A stretch of 64,000 bases of DNA, from the NCBI GenBank assembly GCA_049322255.1, contig JBMORE010000022.1, forward strand, positions 124,001 through 188,000, read 5' to 3'. A program made the position numbers and the translations under genes. Positions within the stretch are counted from its first letter, which is position 1; each line of letters opens with the position of its first letter. Positions 25,883 through 37,400 of the stretch are shown here, piece by piece. Origin of the DNA: Myxococcota bacterium. GTDB lineage: Bacteria; Myxococcota; Myxococcia; Myxococcales; Myxococcaceae. The notes under the pieces were generated by a model, which was not told the origin of the DNA, did no database searches, and saw only the letters and a program-made list of their open reading frames with translations.

Positions 25883-27724
25883 TTACGCTTCGGCCATCTC
25901 CCGCTTGCGGTCTCGCTCGGCGCGGTAGCGCTCGTTGAAGTCGAGCATCTTTTTGCGGATGCGTACCGACTTCGGCGTCACCTCGACCAGCTCGTCGGGG
26001 GCGATCCACTCCAGGGCCTTCTCCAGGCCCATCTCTCGCGGGGGAGTGAGAATGACGTTCTCGTCACGCCCGGCGGCGCGGATGTTGGTGAGCTTCTTCT
26101 CGCGGCAGGCGTTGACGTTGAGGTCGTTGGGGTGGGAGTGCTCGCCGATCACCATGCCCTCGTACACCTGCACCCCCGGCCCGACGAAGAGGGCGCCGCG
26201 CTCCTGAATGGAGAAGAGCGCGTAGGGCACCGTGTCGCCCAGCCGGTCGGAGACGATCGCCCCGTTGCTTCGCTTGGGGATGTAGCCAAACCACGGCTCG
26301 TAGCCGTCGAACTGAGTAGACATGATGCCTTCACCCCGGGTGATGGTGAGGAACTCGGAGCGAAACCCCACCAGCCCCCGCGCGGGGATGCGGAAGGTGA
26401 GCCGAGTGCGACCCGAGCCGATCGGCGCCATGTCCACCATGCGGCCTTTACGCGGCCCCAGCCGCTCGGTCACCACGCCCACCGCCGACTCTGGTACGTC
26501 GCAGACGAGCAGCTCCATCGGCTCGTGCAGTGCGCCATCGACTTGCTTGGTCACCGGCTCGGGGTTGGAGGCGGTGAGCTCGTAGCCTTCGCGGCGCATC
26601 GTCTCGATGATCACCGCCAACTGCAGCTCGCCGCGGCCGACCACCTTGAAGGCGTCGGGCGTCTCGGTGTCCTCTACACGAATGGAAACGTTGCGGTACG
26701 CCTCGCGGTAGAGCCGCTCGCGCAGGTTGCGCGAGGTGACGTATTTGCCCTCGCGCCCGGCCAGCGGGCCGTCGTTGACGCGGAAGACCATCATCATCGT
26801 CGGCTCGTCGACCGTGATGCGGGGCAGCGCGCGTGGGCTTTCCACCGAGGTGAGGGTGTCGCCGATGGCGATCGCCTCGATGCCCGCGAGGCTGACGATT
26901 TCGCCTGGGCCCGCCTCGGGAATTTCGACCCGCTTGAGGCCGGAGAAGCCGTAGAGCTTGAGAATTTTCCCCGGCTCGATCTTCCCGCCCTCACGCACCA
27001 CCGCGACGTTCATGCCCGGGGTCAGCCTGCCGGCGTGGACGCGGCCGATCGCCAGACGGCCGACGTAGTCGTCGTAGTCGAGGTTGTCGACCAGGAGCTG
27101 CAAAGGTTCTCCCTCGGGGGCAGCAGGGGGCGGTGGAATGTGGGAGAGGACGGCGTCGAACAGTGGGCGTAAGTCGGTTCCGGGGCGTTCGAGCGAGGCC
27201 GACGCCTGCCCCTGGCGCGCCACCGCGTAGAGCACAGGGAACTCCAGCTGGGCATCGTCGGCGCCCAGATCGATGTACAGGGAGTACACCTGATCGAGCA
27301 CCTCTTTGGGGCGGGCGTCCTGACGGTCGATTTTGTTGATCACCAGCACCGTGCGCAGGCCCATGGAGAGCGCCTTGGAGAGCACGAAGCGGGTCTGGGG
27401 CAGAGGGCCCTCGGCGGCGTCGACCAGGAGGAGCACCCCGTCGACCAGGCGCAAGCCGCGCTCCACCTCTCCGCCGAAGTCGGCATGGCCAGGGGTGTCG
27501 ACGATGTTGATGTGGTGGCCCTGGTAGGTGACCGCGGTGTTCTTGGCGAGAATGGTGATTCCTTTCTCGCGCTCGAGGTCGTTCGAATCCATCACCCGTT
27601 CGGCGACTGTCTCGTTCGAGCGGAACACCCCCGCCTGGCGGAGCATGTGGTCCACCAGGGTGGTCTTGCCGTGGTCGACGTGGGCGACGATGGCGATGTT
27701 GCGAATCTTGTCTCGGTCGAACAT
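25883..27724 (-). CDS. typA: Translational GTPase TypA/BipA
   Basis: [62 protein letters not shown]. Confidence 0.97.
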   Translation of the reverse strand: MFDRDKIRNIAIVAHVDHGKTTLVDHMLRQAGVFRSNETVAERVMDSNDLEREKGITILAKNTAVTYQGHHINIVDTPGHADFGGEVERGLRLVDGVLLLVDAAEGPLPQTRFVLSKALSMGLRTVLVINKIDRQDARPKEVLDQVYSLYIDLGADDAQLEFPVLYAVARQGQASASLERPGTDLRPLFDAVLSHIPPPPAAPEGEPLQLLVDNLDYDDYVGRLAIGRVHAGRLTPGMNVAVVREGGKIEPGKILKLYGFSGLKRVEIPEAGPGEIVSLAGIEAIAIGDTLTSVESPRALPRITVDEPTMMMVFRVNDGPLAGREGKYVTSRNLRERLYREAYRNVSIRVEDTETPDAFKVVGRGELQLAVIIETMRREGYELTASNPEPVTKQVDGALHEPMELLVCDVPESAVGVVTERLGPRKGRMVDMAPIGSGRTRLTFRIPARGLVGFRSEFLTITRGEGIMSTQFDGYEPWFGYIPKRSNGAIVSDRLGDTVPYALFSIQERGALFVGPGVQVYEGMVIGEHSHPNDLNVNACREKKLTNIRAAGRDENVILTPPREMGLEKALEWIAPDELVEVTPKSVRIRKKMLDFNERYRAERDRKREMAEA

Positions 27725-27759
27725 GGGGCCTTCGTCGAAAGAACCTTCGAGGGCGGGGG

Positions 27760-27788
27760 CTTATATGTCGCGCTGAGAGGGTATTCAA
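27760..27788 (-). promoter_or_regulatory. sigma-70 promoter of typA
   Basis: Minus strand TTGAAT-N17-TATAAG, 35 nt upstream of the ATG. Confidence 0.7.
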
Positions 27789-27903
27789 ATGGCTCGGCAC
27801 TGACGCCCTTGCGTGCGGGAGCCCTGAGGCCGAGCCCGCCAACCGGCAGCTTTCCGTGCAACCGGGGAAGAGGACGCACGCCTACCTGCTGTAGGTGGAG
27901 CCG

Positions 27904-28779
27904 CTAAGGGGCGAAGTGCCGGCGAAGAAAGGCGCTGACCGCCCGGTTGATCAGGCCTGGTCGCTCGAGGGGAGCGGTGTGGCTGCCTCCTGGCACGAGG
28001 AGGAGCTCCGAGCCGGTGATGGCCTCGGCCATTCGCCGCGACAGCCACACCGGAGTGAAGCGGTCGCGCTCGCCGCCGACGATCAAGGTGGGCACCTGCA
28101 CGTACGGCAGGTGCTCCCAGGCCGAGTGGTCTTTGAGCGAATCGAGGGTGCGCACGAAGGCCACCGGCTCCATCGCGGCCAAGTGATCGAAGTAGGGCAC
28201 CATGTCCTCGCGCTGAATCAGATCAGGGTTGAGCTCGGTGCGAACAGCCAGCTCGAGGGTGGTCTCCAGCTTCATCAGCACGCTGGTCACCCGCTTGGAC
28301 TGTGAAGGAAAACGTTCGACGAGGTCGCGCAGGCGCGGGAAGACCGCGCGCAACATCGTGTGGTCATGCCAGGTATCGAGCGGGTTCCCGTAGCTGCCGC
28401 ACAGGAGCGCCAAGCCTCGCACCCGCGAGCCGAAGCGACGGTGAAACTCCAGCGCCACCTGTACCCCCATCGAATGCCCGAAGACGACCGCGCTGGGAAT
28501 GTTCGCCGCATCCATCACCCGCGCGAGGTCTTCACAGGTGTGGTGCATGCCGATGAGCTCCCGCTGGGAGGGTACCGGCGAGCGCCCATGGCCACGGTAG
28601 TGCCAACGCAGGAGGGTGTAGCGCTCACCTAAGATCGGCAGCAGGTACTTCCACGCGAACCCGTCGCAGCCCAGCCCATCGCAGAAGGCGAGCGCTACCG
28701 AGCCCTCGCCCTGCACCTGGTAGTAAATGCGTGCGCCGTCAGGCGTGGTGAGGAAGTCTTGGCGGAAGGAAGCGCCCAT
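27904..28779 (-). CDS. Alpha/beta fold hydrolase
   Basis: YRGHGRS, nucleophile elbow GHSMG, GERDRFTP, GGSHTAPLE. Confidence 0.9.
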   Translation of the reverse strand: MGASFRQDFLTTPDGARIYYQVQGEGSVALAFCDGLGCDGFAWKYLLPILGERYTLLRWHYRGHGRSPVPSQRELIGMHHTCEDLARVMDAANIPSAVVFGHSMGVQVALEFHRRFGSRVRGLALLCGSYGNPLDTWHDHTMLRAVFPRLRDLVERFPSQSKRVTSVLMKLETTLELAVRTELNPDLIQREDMVPYFDHLAAMEPVAFVRTLDSLKDHSAWEHLPYVQVPTLIVGGERDRFTPVWLSRRMAEAITGSELLLVPGGSHTAPLERPGLINRAVSAFLRRHFAP

Positions 28780-28785
28780 CGTTGG

Positions 28786-30360
28786 TTAGGCGCTGGCCTC
28801 GCTCGAGCCTTTCTCTAACCCGTACTTGGCGATCTTGAGGATGAGGTTGGAGCGGCTGATGCCCAGCTCTCGTGCCAGGCGGCTCTTGTTGTTGCGGGTT
28901 CGGGCGAGGCCCTGCTGAATCATCTCGCGCTCCAAAAGCTCGACCGCCTCGTTGAGCTTGCCGGTGGCGGGCATCGCCGCGGGAAGAAAGCCGTGGCGAC
29001 CGGGGGCGACCCCCTCGCGAATGCGGCTGGAGATGAGCTCGCCGGGAATCGTTTCCAGATCCGAGCCCAGCACCAAGAGGCGCTCGATCTCGTTCTCCAG
29101 CTCACGGATGTTCCCCGGCCAGTGGTAGGTGGAGAGAATCTGCGCCGCGTCGGCTCCGAGCTTGAAGGCCCGTTGCCCCTCGCGGCGGTGCTTTTTCATG
29201 AAGTGGTCGATGAGAATGGGCAAGTCGTCGCGGCGCTCACGCAGCGGCGGTACCTGAATGCGAATGACGTTGATGCGGTAGTACAGGTCCTCACGGAACT
29301 CGCCCTTCTTCACCAGCTCCCCGAGCTCTTTGTGGGTGGCGGCGATGACGCGCACGTTCACCTCGCGCACCTGGGTGCCTCCCACCGGAAGAAAGGTGCC
29401 CTCTTGCAGCACCCGCAAGAGCTTCACTTGCAGCGCCGGCGACATGTCGCCCACTTCGTCGAGAAAGAAAGTGCCCCCGTCGGCCATCTCGAACAGGCCT
29501 TTCTTGTCTCGCAGCGCCCCGGTGAAGGCTCCCTTGGTGTGGCCGAAGAGCGCCGACTCGAGCAAGTTGTCGTTGAAGGCCGAGCAGTTCTGCACCACGA
29601 ACGGCTTGTCCTTGCGCGAACCGTTGAAGTGAATCGCCCGAGCGACCAGTTCCTTGCCCGTGCCCGACTCGCCATTGACGAGAATGGTCGAATCCGAGTT
29701 GCTCACCTTCTCCAAGAGCCGAAAGACCTCGAGCATCGGCCCCGACTTGCCGACGATGTTCTCGAACTTGTAACGGTCGGACAGCTCGGAGGAGAGCGTT
29801 TGAATCGTTTCGTCCTTCTTGGAGAGCTCCGCTTCGTAGTTGGCGATCTCGTTGACGCCGAACTCCAAGAGATCCGAGAGCTTCTCCACCTCGGGCGGGT
29901 TCATCAGCGGCAGCCGATCGAGCGCGCGCAACAGGTCGGTGCCGCCGTCGTTGAGCTCGCGAATCTTCGTCTTGAGCATCTCGGCGTCGCGTTCGGACAA
30001 GGGGCCGCGGGCAAAGCCTTCGACGAACAGCATGCCCTCGTACTCGCCGGAGATGTACAAGGGGGCGCCGACGATGGCGAAGCCGAGGTGGCAATCGTGG
30101 AATTGGGCGCGGCGCAGCTTCTTGGTGCTCTTGAACTTCTCGTGCAGCACCTTGACCGAGGAACAGCAGCGGCGAAAGCCCTCCTTGGAGAAGAGCGAAA
30201 GCCGGCAGAAATCATTGGGAGGGGGAACGATGTTGCCCTTGTGCCAGTCGAGCACCATGCCGTTTTGGTCAGCGAAGGAGAGCTCCGCGCGCCACCACTT
30301 GCGGATGACGTCCTTGAGCATGATGATGGTGTGCAGGTTTTGGTGCTTCTCGAAGTCCAT
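28786..30360 (-). CDS. sigma-54-dependent enhancer-binding protein with N-terminal PocR-like sensor domain
   Basis: GESGTGKE, GAFTGA, FLDEVG, FREDLYYR, WPGNIREL and Fis-type HTH; N-terminus FC..CC..CHLG...GAPLYI pattern, no receiver domain. Confidence 0.92.
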   Translation of the reverse strand: MDFEKHQNLHTIIMLKDVIRKWWRAELSFADQNGMVLDWHKGNIVPPPNDFCRLSLFSKEGFRRCCSSVKVLHEKFKSTKKLRRAQFHDCHLGFAIVGAPLYISGEYEGMLFVEGFARGPLSERDAEMLKTKIRELNDGGTDLLRALDRLPLMNPPEVEKLSDLLEFGVNEIANYEAELSKKDETIQTLSSELSDRYKFENIVGKSGPMLEVFRLLEKVSNSDSTILVNGESGTGKELVARAIHFNGSRKDKPFVVQNCSAFNDNLLESALFGHTKGAFTGALRDKKGLFEMADGGTFFLDEVGDMSPALQVKLLRVLQEGTFLPVGGTQVREVNVRVIAATHKELGELVKKGEFREDLYYRINVIRIQVPPLRERRDDLPILIDHFMKKHRREGQRAFKLGADAAQILSTYHWPGNIRELENEIERLLVLGSDLETIPGELISSRIREGVAPGRHGFLPAAMPATGKLNEAVELLEREMIQQGLARTRNNKSRLARELGISRSNLILKIAKYGLEKGSSEASA

Positions 30361-30450
30361 GGACGTGCGTGACCCAAGTCAGGACAGCGGTGTCCGAAGT
30401 TTAGCCGCCCACACCGTTGCTGCAACGTCGGACGGAGAGCGTCCTACCCT

Positions 30451-31416
30451 GTGAGCACGGGCCCACACAGTGCGCATGAGTCGGCCTGTGTACACGACCA
30501 TGCCGCTGCCGCACCGCAGCAAGGGCGCCGCTCCCTCTCCGTTCGGGAAGATCGCGCCAAAGATTCCCGGCGGCTGGCATGGGCCCTGGCAGTGACTGCG
30601 CTGATCGCCGCCGCGGAGCTCGTCGGTGGCTGGCTGTCGCGCTCCTTGGCGTTGATGTCCGATGCGGGTCACATGATTACCGATGGCTCGGCGCTTCTGC
30701 TCAGCCTTTTGGCGCTGTTCATCGCCAGTCGGCCGGCCGACCCCAAGCGGACCTACGGTTACTACCGGGCGGAAATCTTGAGTGCGCTGGTGAACGGGGT
30801 CGTTCTCCTCGGCATCACCGGTTTCATTCTCGTCGAGGCCTACCAGCGCCTTCGTACCCCGGTGGAAGTGAAGCTCGGCCCCGCGGCGATCGTGGCGTTC
30901 GTCGGGTTGGGGGCCAACCTCGTCGCGCTCAGCGTTTTGCACCGCGCGCACACGCTGAACGTGCGGGCGGCCTTCCTGCACGTACTGTCTGACACTCTCT
31001 CTTCGGCTGGGGTGCTGCTCGGGCTGGCGATCATCTGGCTCACCGGCTGGTGGGTGGTGGACGCGGTCGTCTCGATGGGCATCGCAGCGGTCATCGTCAT
31101 CGGCGCGGTGCGATTGGTGCGCGATGCGGTGGACGTGCTGCTCGAAGCGGTGCCTGCGCACGTCGACCTCGAGGCGGTGCGGCAGATCATGCTTCAGGTG
31201 GAGGGAGTGACCGCGGTGCACGATTTACACGTGTGGACCATCTCCAGCGGCATGTACGCCCTCTCCGCGCACCTGGTGGTGGTCGACCCGATGGTCTGCA
31301 ACAACGACCAAATTCTCACCGCGGTGAAGCACGAGCTGTTCAATCGGTTCGCCATCGACCACACCACGATTCAGATCGAAAGCGAGACGTACGCGCATCT
31401 GGGCGAGGTGCACTAA
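30451..31416 (+). CDS. Cation diffusion facilitator (CzcD/ZitB-like)
   Basis: SLALMSDAGHMITD, TYGYYRAEILSAL, AAFLHVLSD, VHDLHVW, IDHTTIQ. Confidence 0.93.
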   Translation: MSTGPHSAHESACVHDHAAAAPQQGRRSLSVREDRAKDSRRLAWALAVTALIAAAELVGGWLSRSLALMSDAGHMITDGSALLLSLLALFIASRPADPKRTYGYYRAEILSALVNGVVLLGITGFILVEAYQRLRTPVEVKLGPAAIVAFVGLGANLVALSVLHRAHTLNVRAAFLHVLSDTLSSAGVLLGLAIIWLTGWWVVDAVVSMGIAAVIVIGAVRLVRDAVDVLLEAVPAHVDLEAVRQIMLQVEGVTAVHDLHVWTISSGMYALSAHLVVVDPMVCNNDQILTAVKHELFNRFAIDHTTIQIESETYAHLGEVH

Positions 31417-31424
31417 GAAATCAT

Positions 31425-31457
31425 CCCTCTCTCCCTGGGAGAGGGTAAGGGTGAGGG
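31425..31457 (+). repeat. REP-like palindromic repeat, copy C
   Basis: CCCTCTCTC-cct-GGGAGAGGG-taa-GGGTGAGGG between the CDF gene and rsmD. Confidence 0.85.
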
Positions 31458-31467
31458 GCGACAGAAC

Positions 31468-32022
31468 ATGCGCATCATTGCCGGCAGCGCGCGGGGGCGA
31501 CCGCTTCAAGGCCCCAGGGGCGCCAAGGAGATTCGCCCCACCGCCGACCGGGTGCGCGAGACACTCTTCAACATCCTGGGGCAGTGGATGGAGGGGCTCT
31601 TTGTGCTCGACCTCTACGCCGGCACGGGAGCGCTCGCCCTCGAGGCCCTCTCGCGTGGCGCGGCGCGCGCGGTGCTGGTCGATTCGGGGCGCGAGGCACA
31701 GCGGCTCCTTCGTGCGAATGCCGCCGCCCTGGGGTTTTCCGAGCGCTGCGAGGTGTACGCGCTGCCGGTGGAGCGCGCCCTGGAGAAGCTGGGCCAGGAG
31801 CGCCGGCGGTTCGACTTGGTCTTTGCCGATCCGCCTTACGCCGCCCGTGCGGTGTCGGAGCTTTTGGAGCGCCTTTGGGCGGCGGCGCTCCTCGCTCCCG
31901 GAGGGAGGCTGGCCATCGAGCACGACCGCCGCGAGGAGGCGCCGGAGCGTGTTGGAGAGCTCGTTCGCTACGACCAACGTCGCTTCGGGGACACCCTGAT
32001 CAGCCTCTACGCCGCTGCTTGA
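31468..32022 (+). CDS. rsmD: 16S rRNA (guanine966-N2)-methyltransferase
   Basis: MRIIAG..RGR, RPTADRVRETLFN, LDLYAGTGALALEALSRGA, FADPPY, RRFGDT; adjacent to coaD. Confidence 0.95.
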   Translation: MRIIAGSARGRPLQGPRGAKEIRPTADRVRETLFNILGQWMEGLFVLDLYAGTGALALEALSRGAARAVLVDSGREAQRLLRANAAALGFSERCEVYALPVERALEKLGQERRRFDLVFADPPYAARAVSELLERLWAAALLAPGGRLAIEHDRREEAPERVGELVRYDQRRFGDTLISLYAAA

Positions 32023-32058
32023 CCGCCTGGAGGACAGCCGCACATGCTCTAAAGCTCC

Positions 32059-32532
32059 ATGCCAGCCGCCATCTACCCCGGTTCGTTCGACCCCCTCACC
32101 AACGGGCACTTGTCGCTCATTCAGCGCGGCTTGCAGATGTTCGACCGCCTGATCGTCGCCATCGCCACCAACCCCAAGAAGGTGCCGCTGTTCTCCGTCG
32201 ACGAGCGGCGCGAGCTGCTTCGCGAGGCGATCTCCGATCCGCGGGTGGAGGTCGACGACTTCCAGGGGCTGTTGGTGGAGTACGCGAAGAAAAAGAACGT
32301 CAACGTCATTCTGCGAGGGCTGCGCGCGGTATCGGACTTCGAGTACGAATTTCAAATGGCGAACATGAACCGCACCCTCGACCCGAGGATCGAGACCGTG
32401 TTCATGATGACGGGGGAGGACTACTTCTACATCTCCTCCCAGCTGGTGCGTGAGGTGGCCGCCTTGGGGGGAAACGTGAAGGGCTTGGTGCCACCCAACG
32501 TGCTCAAGAAGCTGGAGGGCCGCTTCTCATGA
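32059..32532 (+). CDS. coaD: Phosphopantetheine adenylyltransferase
   Basis: [34 protein letters not shown]. Confidence 0.97.
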   Translation: MPAAIYPGSFDPLTNGHLSLIQRGLQMFDRLIVAIATNPKKVPLFSVDERRELLREAISDPRVEVDDFQGLLVEYAKKKNVNVILRGLRAVSDFEYEFQMANMNRTLDPRIETVFMMTGEDYFYISSQLVREVAALGGNVKGLVPPNVLKKLEGRFS

Positions 32533-33722
32533 ACCTCGCCCGCCGCCTCAAGGCCATCAAGCCCTCTGCCACGCTCGCCCTCAACGCCAAGGCCAAGGCG
32601 CTCGCGGCCCAGGGTGTGGACGTGGTGAGCTTCGCCGCTGGCGAGCCCGACTTCGATACACCCGAGCACATCAAAGAGGCGGCGATCTCGGCGCTGCGGG
32701 CGGGTTTCACCAAGTACACCGCCACCGCAGGCATTCCCGAGCTTCGCGCGGCGATCGCCCAGAAGCTGCAACGGGACAATCGGCTTTCCTTCGCGCCGGA
32801 GCAGATCCTCGTTTCCTGCGGTGCCAAGCACTCGCTCTTCAATCTCTTCCAGGCCCTGCTCGACGAGGGCGACGAGGTGGTCATCTTCGCGCCCTACTGG
32901 GTGAGCTACCCGGACATGGTGCGTCTGGCGGGAGGCGAGCCCGTGTTCGTCGAGACCAGCGAGCACCAGGGCTACGCGCCCGACCCCAAAGAGCTGCGCC
33001 GGGCGCTCACCGGGCGCACCAAGGCAGTGGTGCTCAACAGCCCCAGCAACCCCACCGGTGCGGTGCTGTCCCGGGCGGCGCTGGCGTCGGTGGCCGAGGT
33101 GCTGCAAGGACACCCCTGCCTGGTGGTGACCGACGACATCTACGAGAAGCTGCTCTACGTGCCCGGGCCGTTCGCCAACATCGCCAACGTGGCCCCCGAG
33201 CTGATGGCGCGCACGGTGGTAGTGAACGGGTTCTCCAAGGCCTTTTCGATGACCGGCTGGCGGCTGGGCTACGCGGCGGGCCCCAAGGAGCTCATCGCTG
33301 GCATGCAGTCGATTCAGGACCAGTCGACCTCCAACACGACGTCGTTCGCCCAGAAGGCCGCGGTGGCTGCCTTGGAGGGGCCGGTCGAGCCGGTGGAAAA
33401 AATGGTGGCCGAGTTCAAGGCGCGCCGTGACCTGTTCGTCGAAGGCCTCAACGGGCTGCAGGGCGTGCGCTGCCGTCTACCGGAGGGCGCCTTCTACGTC
33501 TTTCCCAACGTGGAGCAGCTCATCGGCAAGCGCTACAAGGGCCAGCCAATCACCGGCTCGGTGCACCTCTCCGAGATTCTCCTCTCTGACTTTCAGCTGG
33601 CGGCGGTGCCCGGGCTACCCTTCGGCGCCGAGGGTTACCTGCGCATGAGCTTCGCCACCTCGCGCACGCAGATCGAGAAGGGGTTGGCGCGGCTCGAGGC
33701 CTTCGTCTCCAGCGTCAGCTAG
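32529..33722 (+). CDS. aspC: PLP-dependent class I aminotransferase (aspartate aminotransferase type)
   Basis: [48 protein letters not shown]. Confidence 0.9.
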   Translation: MNLARRLKAIKPSATLALNAKAKALAAQGVDVVSFAAGEPDFDTPEHIKEAAISALRAGFTKYTATAGIPELRAAIAQKLQRDNRLSFAPEQILVSCGAKHSLFNLFQALLDEGDEVVIFAPYWVSYPDMVRLAGGEPVFVETSEHQGYAPDPKELRRALTGRTKAVVLNSPSNPTGAVLSRAALASVAEVLQGHPCLVVTDDIYEKLLYVPGPFANIANVAPELMARTVVVNGFSKAFSMTGWRLGYAAGPKELIAGMQSIQDQSTSNTTSFAQKAAVAALEGPVEPVEKMVAEFKARRDLFVEGLNGLQGVRCRLPEGAFYVFPNVEQLIGKRYKGQPITGSVHLSEILLSDFQLAAVPGLPFGAEGYLRMSFATSRTQIEKGLARLEAFVSSVS

Positions 33723-33726
33723 GCGG

Positions 33727-34329
33727 TCAGTCATGGAAGGCAATCACCTTCCACTGGCCGCCACCCACGTTCTTGACCACCGCGATCGCCGCGTGGCTGG
33801 AAATATTGGCCACCGCCAGGAAGGTGTTCGCCCCCCGCCAGGGCAACGCACTCAGCCGCGAGGGCGGTTTCCCGTACTTCTTCTCCATCTCCTGAGGTGT
33901 GAGAACCTCCACGCCGTAGAGAGTGAGCAGGTCGGTGCGGCGTGAGCGCAGGTGTTTGAGCCATTCCTGAAGCAGCTCGTCGGGACTGCTCACCGCGCGG
34001 TCTTCGAGGTGAAAGGGGAAGTGGGACAGCTCGACCAATGCATGGGCGTCGGCTTGGAGGAGCCTTTCGAAGTAGAGCCGGGCGAGCAGGGCGACGGCCT
34101 CCGCCTGTTCCGCCTGTGACACCGGGGACGGAGGTTTGAGGTGCCGGCGAATGTCGGGAGGCAGGCTCTCCAGCGGGTTGGGTGGTGCAGGGGGTGCCTC
34201 TGCAGGGGACTGCGCGGGCCCGGGCTTCTCGTTGTCAACAGGCGGGGGCGAGGGTGGCGCTTCCTCCTCGGCTTGGCCGTGGGCGACGGCCGCGAGCAAG
34301 AAAAGGGCGGTGGACAGGGTGCGCGTCAC
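33727..34329 (-). CDS. Hypothetical exported protein with Pro-rich linker
   Basis: Signal peptide, Pro-rich region, globular C-terminus ending WKVIAFHD. Confidence 0.7.
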   Translation of the reverse strand: MTRTLSTALFLLAAVAHGQAEEEAPPSPPPVDNEKPGPAQSPAEAPPAPPNPLESLPPDIRRHLKPPSPVSQAEQAEAVALLARLYFERLLQADAHALVELSHFPFHLEDRAVSSPDELLQEWLKHLRSRRTDLLTLYGVEVLTPQEMEKKYGKPPSRLSALPWRGANTFLAVANISSHAAIAVVKNVGGGQWKVIAFHD

Positions 34330-34456
34330 AGGGGGCGCCTCGGGGCAGAAAGCGTGGAAATGCCGGGCGGCATGCTACCACCGGCTTCGGGGAGAGAAGG
34401 AGGTCGCGGGGTGAGGTCTGTTACGATGTGGCTCCCATCGGGGAGTTAGGGTCCTT

Positions 34457-37400
34457 ATGAAAGTCGGGGAGAAGGGGAGTGCTGCGGCCACGGGAGCGCG
34501 CCCCGCGACCCCGGAGCGCCCCGCTCCGACCCCCGCTCCAGCCTCGACCGGCTGGATACCCAAGACTCGATCTGCGCCGCCCCAGTCCTCCTTCGGACCC
34601 GCCGAGTCGGGTCGCCCGCAGCGCATCGGCGCCTCGGCCGCCGAGGCGGTCAAGGGCCTCTCACCCTCGTCGCTGCCCAGCGTCGATCCGCTCCAAGCCC
34701 TCGACGCGGTGAAGGACGGCACGGTGACGCTCAACGTTCCGCTCCAGCCCGGCAAACACACGCTCAAAGGGGTCAGCTTCGAGGTCGAACCGGGCACAGT
34801 GATGAAGGTCCAGGTTCAGGTGCGTGACGGGAAGATCGTCGCCGCGCGTGATGAGCATGGTCGCGACACCGGCGAGGGAACGAAGGTGGAGATTCACCCG
34901 CCCATCGATTTGCCCCTGTGGGTGTCCGGCAACGGCGCGTACGTGCGTGATCAAAAGGGCGCCCAGGTCGCGTTCCAGGCCGATCTCGGCGGCATGCTCG
35001 ACATGCGCTTCAAGAGCAGCGGGTCCAGCCTCTCCGAGGTGGTGCGGGCCTTCGATCGGGGCAACGCCCAGCCCGCCGGGTCGGTCCCCAGCACGGGAGG
35101 GAAGGAAGAGAAGAAGACGAGCAAGTCGCGTGCGTTGCCGGCGGAGCTCTTCGCGTTCGATCGAGCCACCTTCTCGGGTGAGGTGAGCCTGAAGGACAAG
35201 GTGATCGAAGCGGGTGGGCTGAAGGTCGACCTCGCCCCTGGAACGCGGGTGCAGGTGCAGGGCAACGCGCACGAGGCGGAGCTGGCCGGGCAGGTTCAGC
35301 TCGACGGGCTCGACCTGAAACAAGATGGTGTCTTCGCGGCCGTGGGGCGTGGGTCGGCAACCATACGGGCGACCTTCCGGCGCGCAGACGATGGAACCAT
35401 GCACGTCTCCACTCGTGTCTCCGAGGTCGACGCCACGATTCAGGGGCTCGAATCGGTGCGGCCAGGGGCGCAGGGCCAAGACCCCGATCGCTTCGCGTTG
35501 GGACCCACGCGACTCAAGAACGGGGTGATCGAGCTCGACTCGACGGTGCGGCTGTCCAAAGAGGGGCGCCCCGAGGTGCAGTCCTCGTCGGTGCGTGCCC
35601 GGCTCGAGGTCGAGGGCTCGCTTCTGCCGTCCAAGCTCAGCGTGCGCGACGGGCGGGATGACGCGTCGCTTGCGTTCTCGGGAGGTCGTGTCCAAGGCAC
35701 CATCGAGCTCGGCCCCGAGAAGACGGGCCTCGACGTCGAGATCGATGACGCGATGGTCGAAGTGAAAGATCTTCAAACCGAGTCGGCAGACGCAGCGCTC
35801 GACCTGCACCACGCTCGGGCGGAAGGAAAGGTGCGGCTTCAGACAAGCGGTGGTGAAGGAGCGTTCAATCTGGAGGTCGAGGCACGGAAGATCGACGTCC
35901 AGGTCGACGATCTGCGTGCCCGGCGGGGTGACGCCTCGGTGGATTTAGCCAAATCGACAGTCACTGGAGCGGGAACGCTCAAGGCGAACAGCGGGGGCGG
36001 TTTCTCGGTGGAGGGCGACCTGCGTTTGCACGGACAAGTCGACGATCTCCAGCTGCGCGCCCAAGAACAGATGCTCGACGTCGCCGCCGGTTCGAACGTC
36101 GATCTCCAGTTGTCGCGCCTGACGACGGGAAAAGACCAGGGCCTCAACGTCGTGGCGCGCGGGCGGCTCGACGTGGGGCTCGACCAGGCGCAGGTGAAAG
36201 TGGGCGGCGCCGGGGGCGTGGGGAAGGGGCGGCTTCGAGGGACGGCCGACGTACACATCGGCGAGACGGAGCGGAGCGTCGAGCTCTCCGACGCGCATCT
36301 TTCGGCATCGGCGGGTGTCAGCACCGGTCGCCTTTCGGGCACACCGACGGCGGCGAAGCCCAAGGCAGCACTCTCGGCTGCTCCTGCCGGAGTCCGCTCG
36401 GTCGAGGAGGTCTCCCGCATGTCCGCCAAGGAGATCGCAGGGGGCTCGGAGACGCCCCAGGCATCGGGCGAGCGCCCCGACCTGCGAAGCGCCTTGGCGC
36501 ACCTGCGCAGCGGGAAGGTGGAGCTGGAGGTTCCCATCGAGGGTCATGCCGGGCTCAATGACATGCTCGGCGTGACTTTCGAGCCAGGCACCAAGCTGCA
36601 AGTGTCTGGCGAAGTCGTCGACGGCAAGTTGGTGCCGGACACGCTGAAGGTTCGGCTCAGCCGCCCCGCCGACGGACCTGGGTGGATCGAGCTCAAGGGT
36701 GCCTACCTCGACAAGGAGCACACCTTGCGGCTGGACCTCGCGGGCATGCACGACTTCGCCGTACCGGGAATGGAACGACTGCCGATGCAGTTCGACGCTT
36801 TTCTCGACCGCGTCGCGCCTCGGAAGGAGAAGCGTGAGGAACCACCGGCTCCCTCTAGCGGCCCTCCGCCATCGGCCAAGAAGCCGGCGAGCGCTCCTCA
36901 GCCAGAGTTGATCAACACCAAGGAGCTGCAGCTCACCGTCAGCGACGCCACCTTCCGGCCAGGCCCCATCCACCTACCGGGCGGGACAATGATGGTCACC
37001 GAAAAGACCAAGCTCTCGCTCACCCATGGCCCACAGAAGAGCTCGCTGAGCGGCCGTGTCGACTTCAGCTCCTTCGAGCTTGACAGGGGAGGCGTGGCAG
37101 TCGGTACCGGAAAGGGCAGCGCGCAGCTGACGGTGAACATCAGCGGCCGGGGCGAAACCCGGGTAGTCGAGGCCGAGCTGAAAGACCTCACCATCGACAC
37201 GCAGTACGCCGTGCAGAAGCGCGCGAACGGCGACTATCTCCACCTCGCCGAGGGGCGCATCGAGAAGGCGACGATCTCGATCGTCGATCGCCCCGGGGAC
37301 GAGGACCAAATCGAAGAAGCGCGCATGGACATCCCTCGCTTTTCTGGAACCATCGGCGGAGGCCGAATGACGGTGATGGATGCCGGGGGCACCTCGACGA

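Noticed and set aside
34385..34416. Partial REP-like G-rich stretches at about 34385-34416 and 22997-23014
   Set aside because: Only fragments of the right arm match, with no hairpin left arm.
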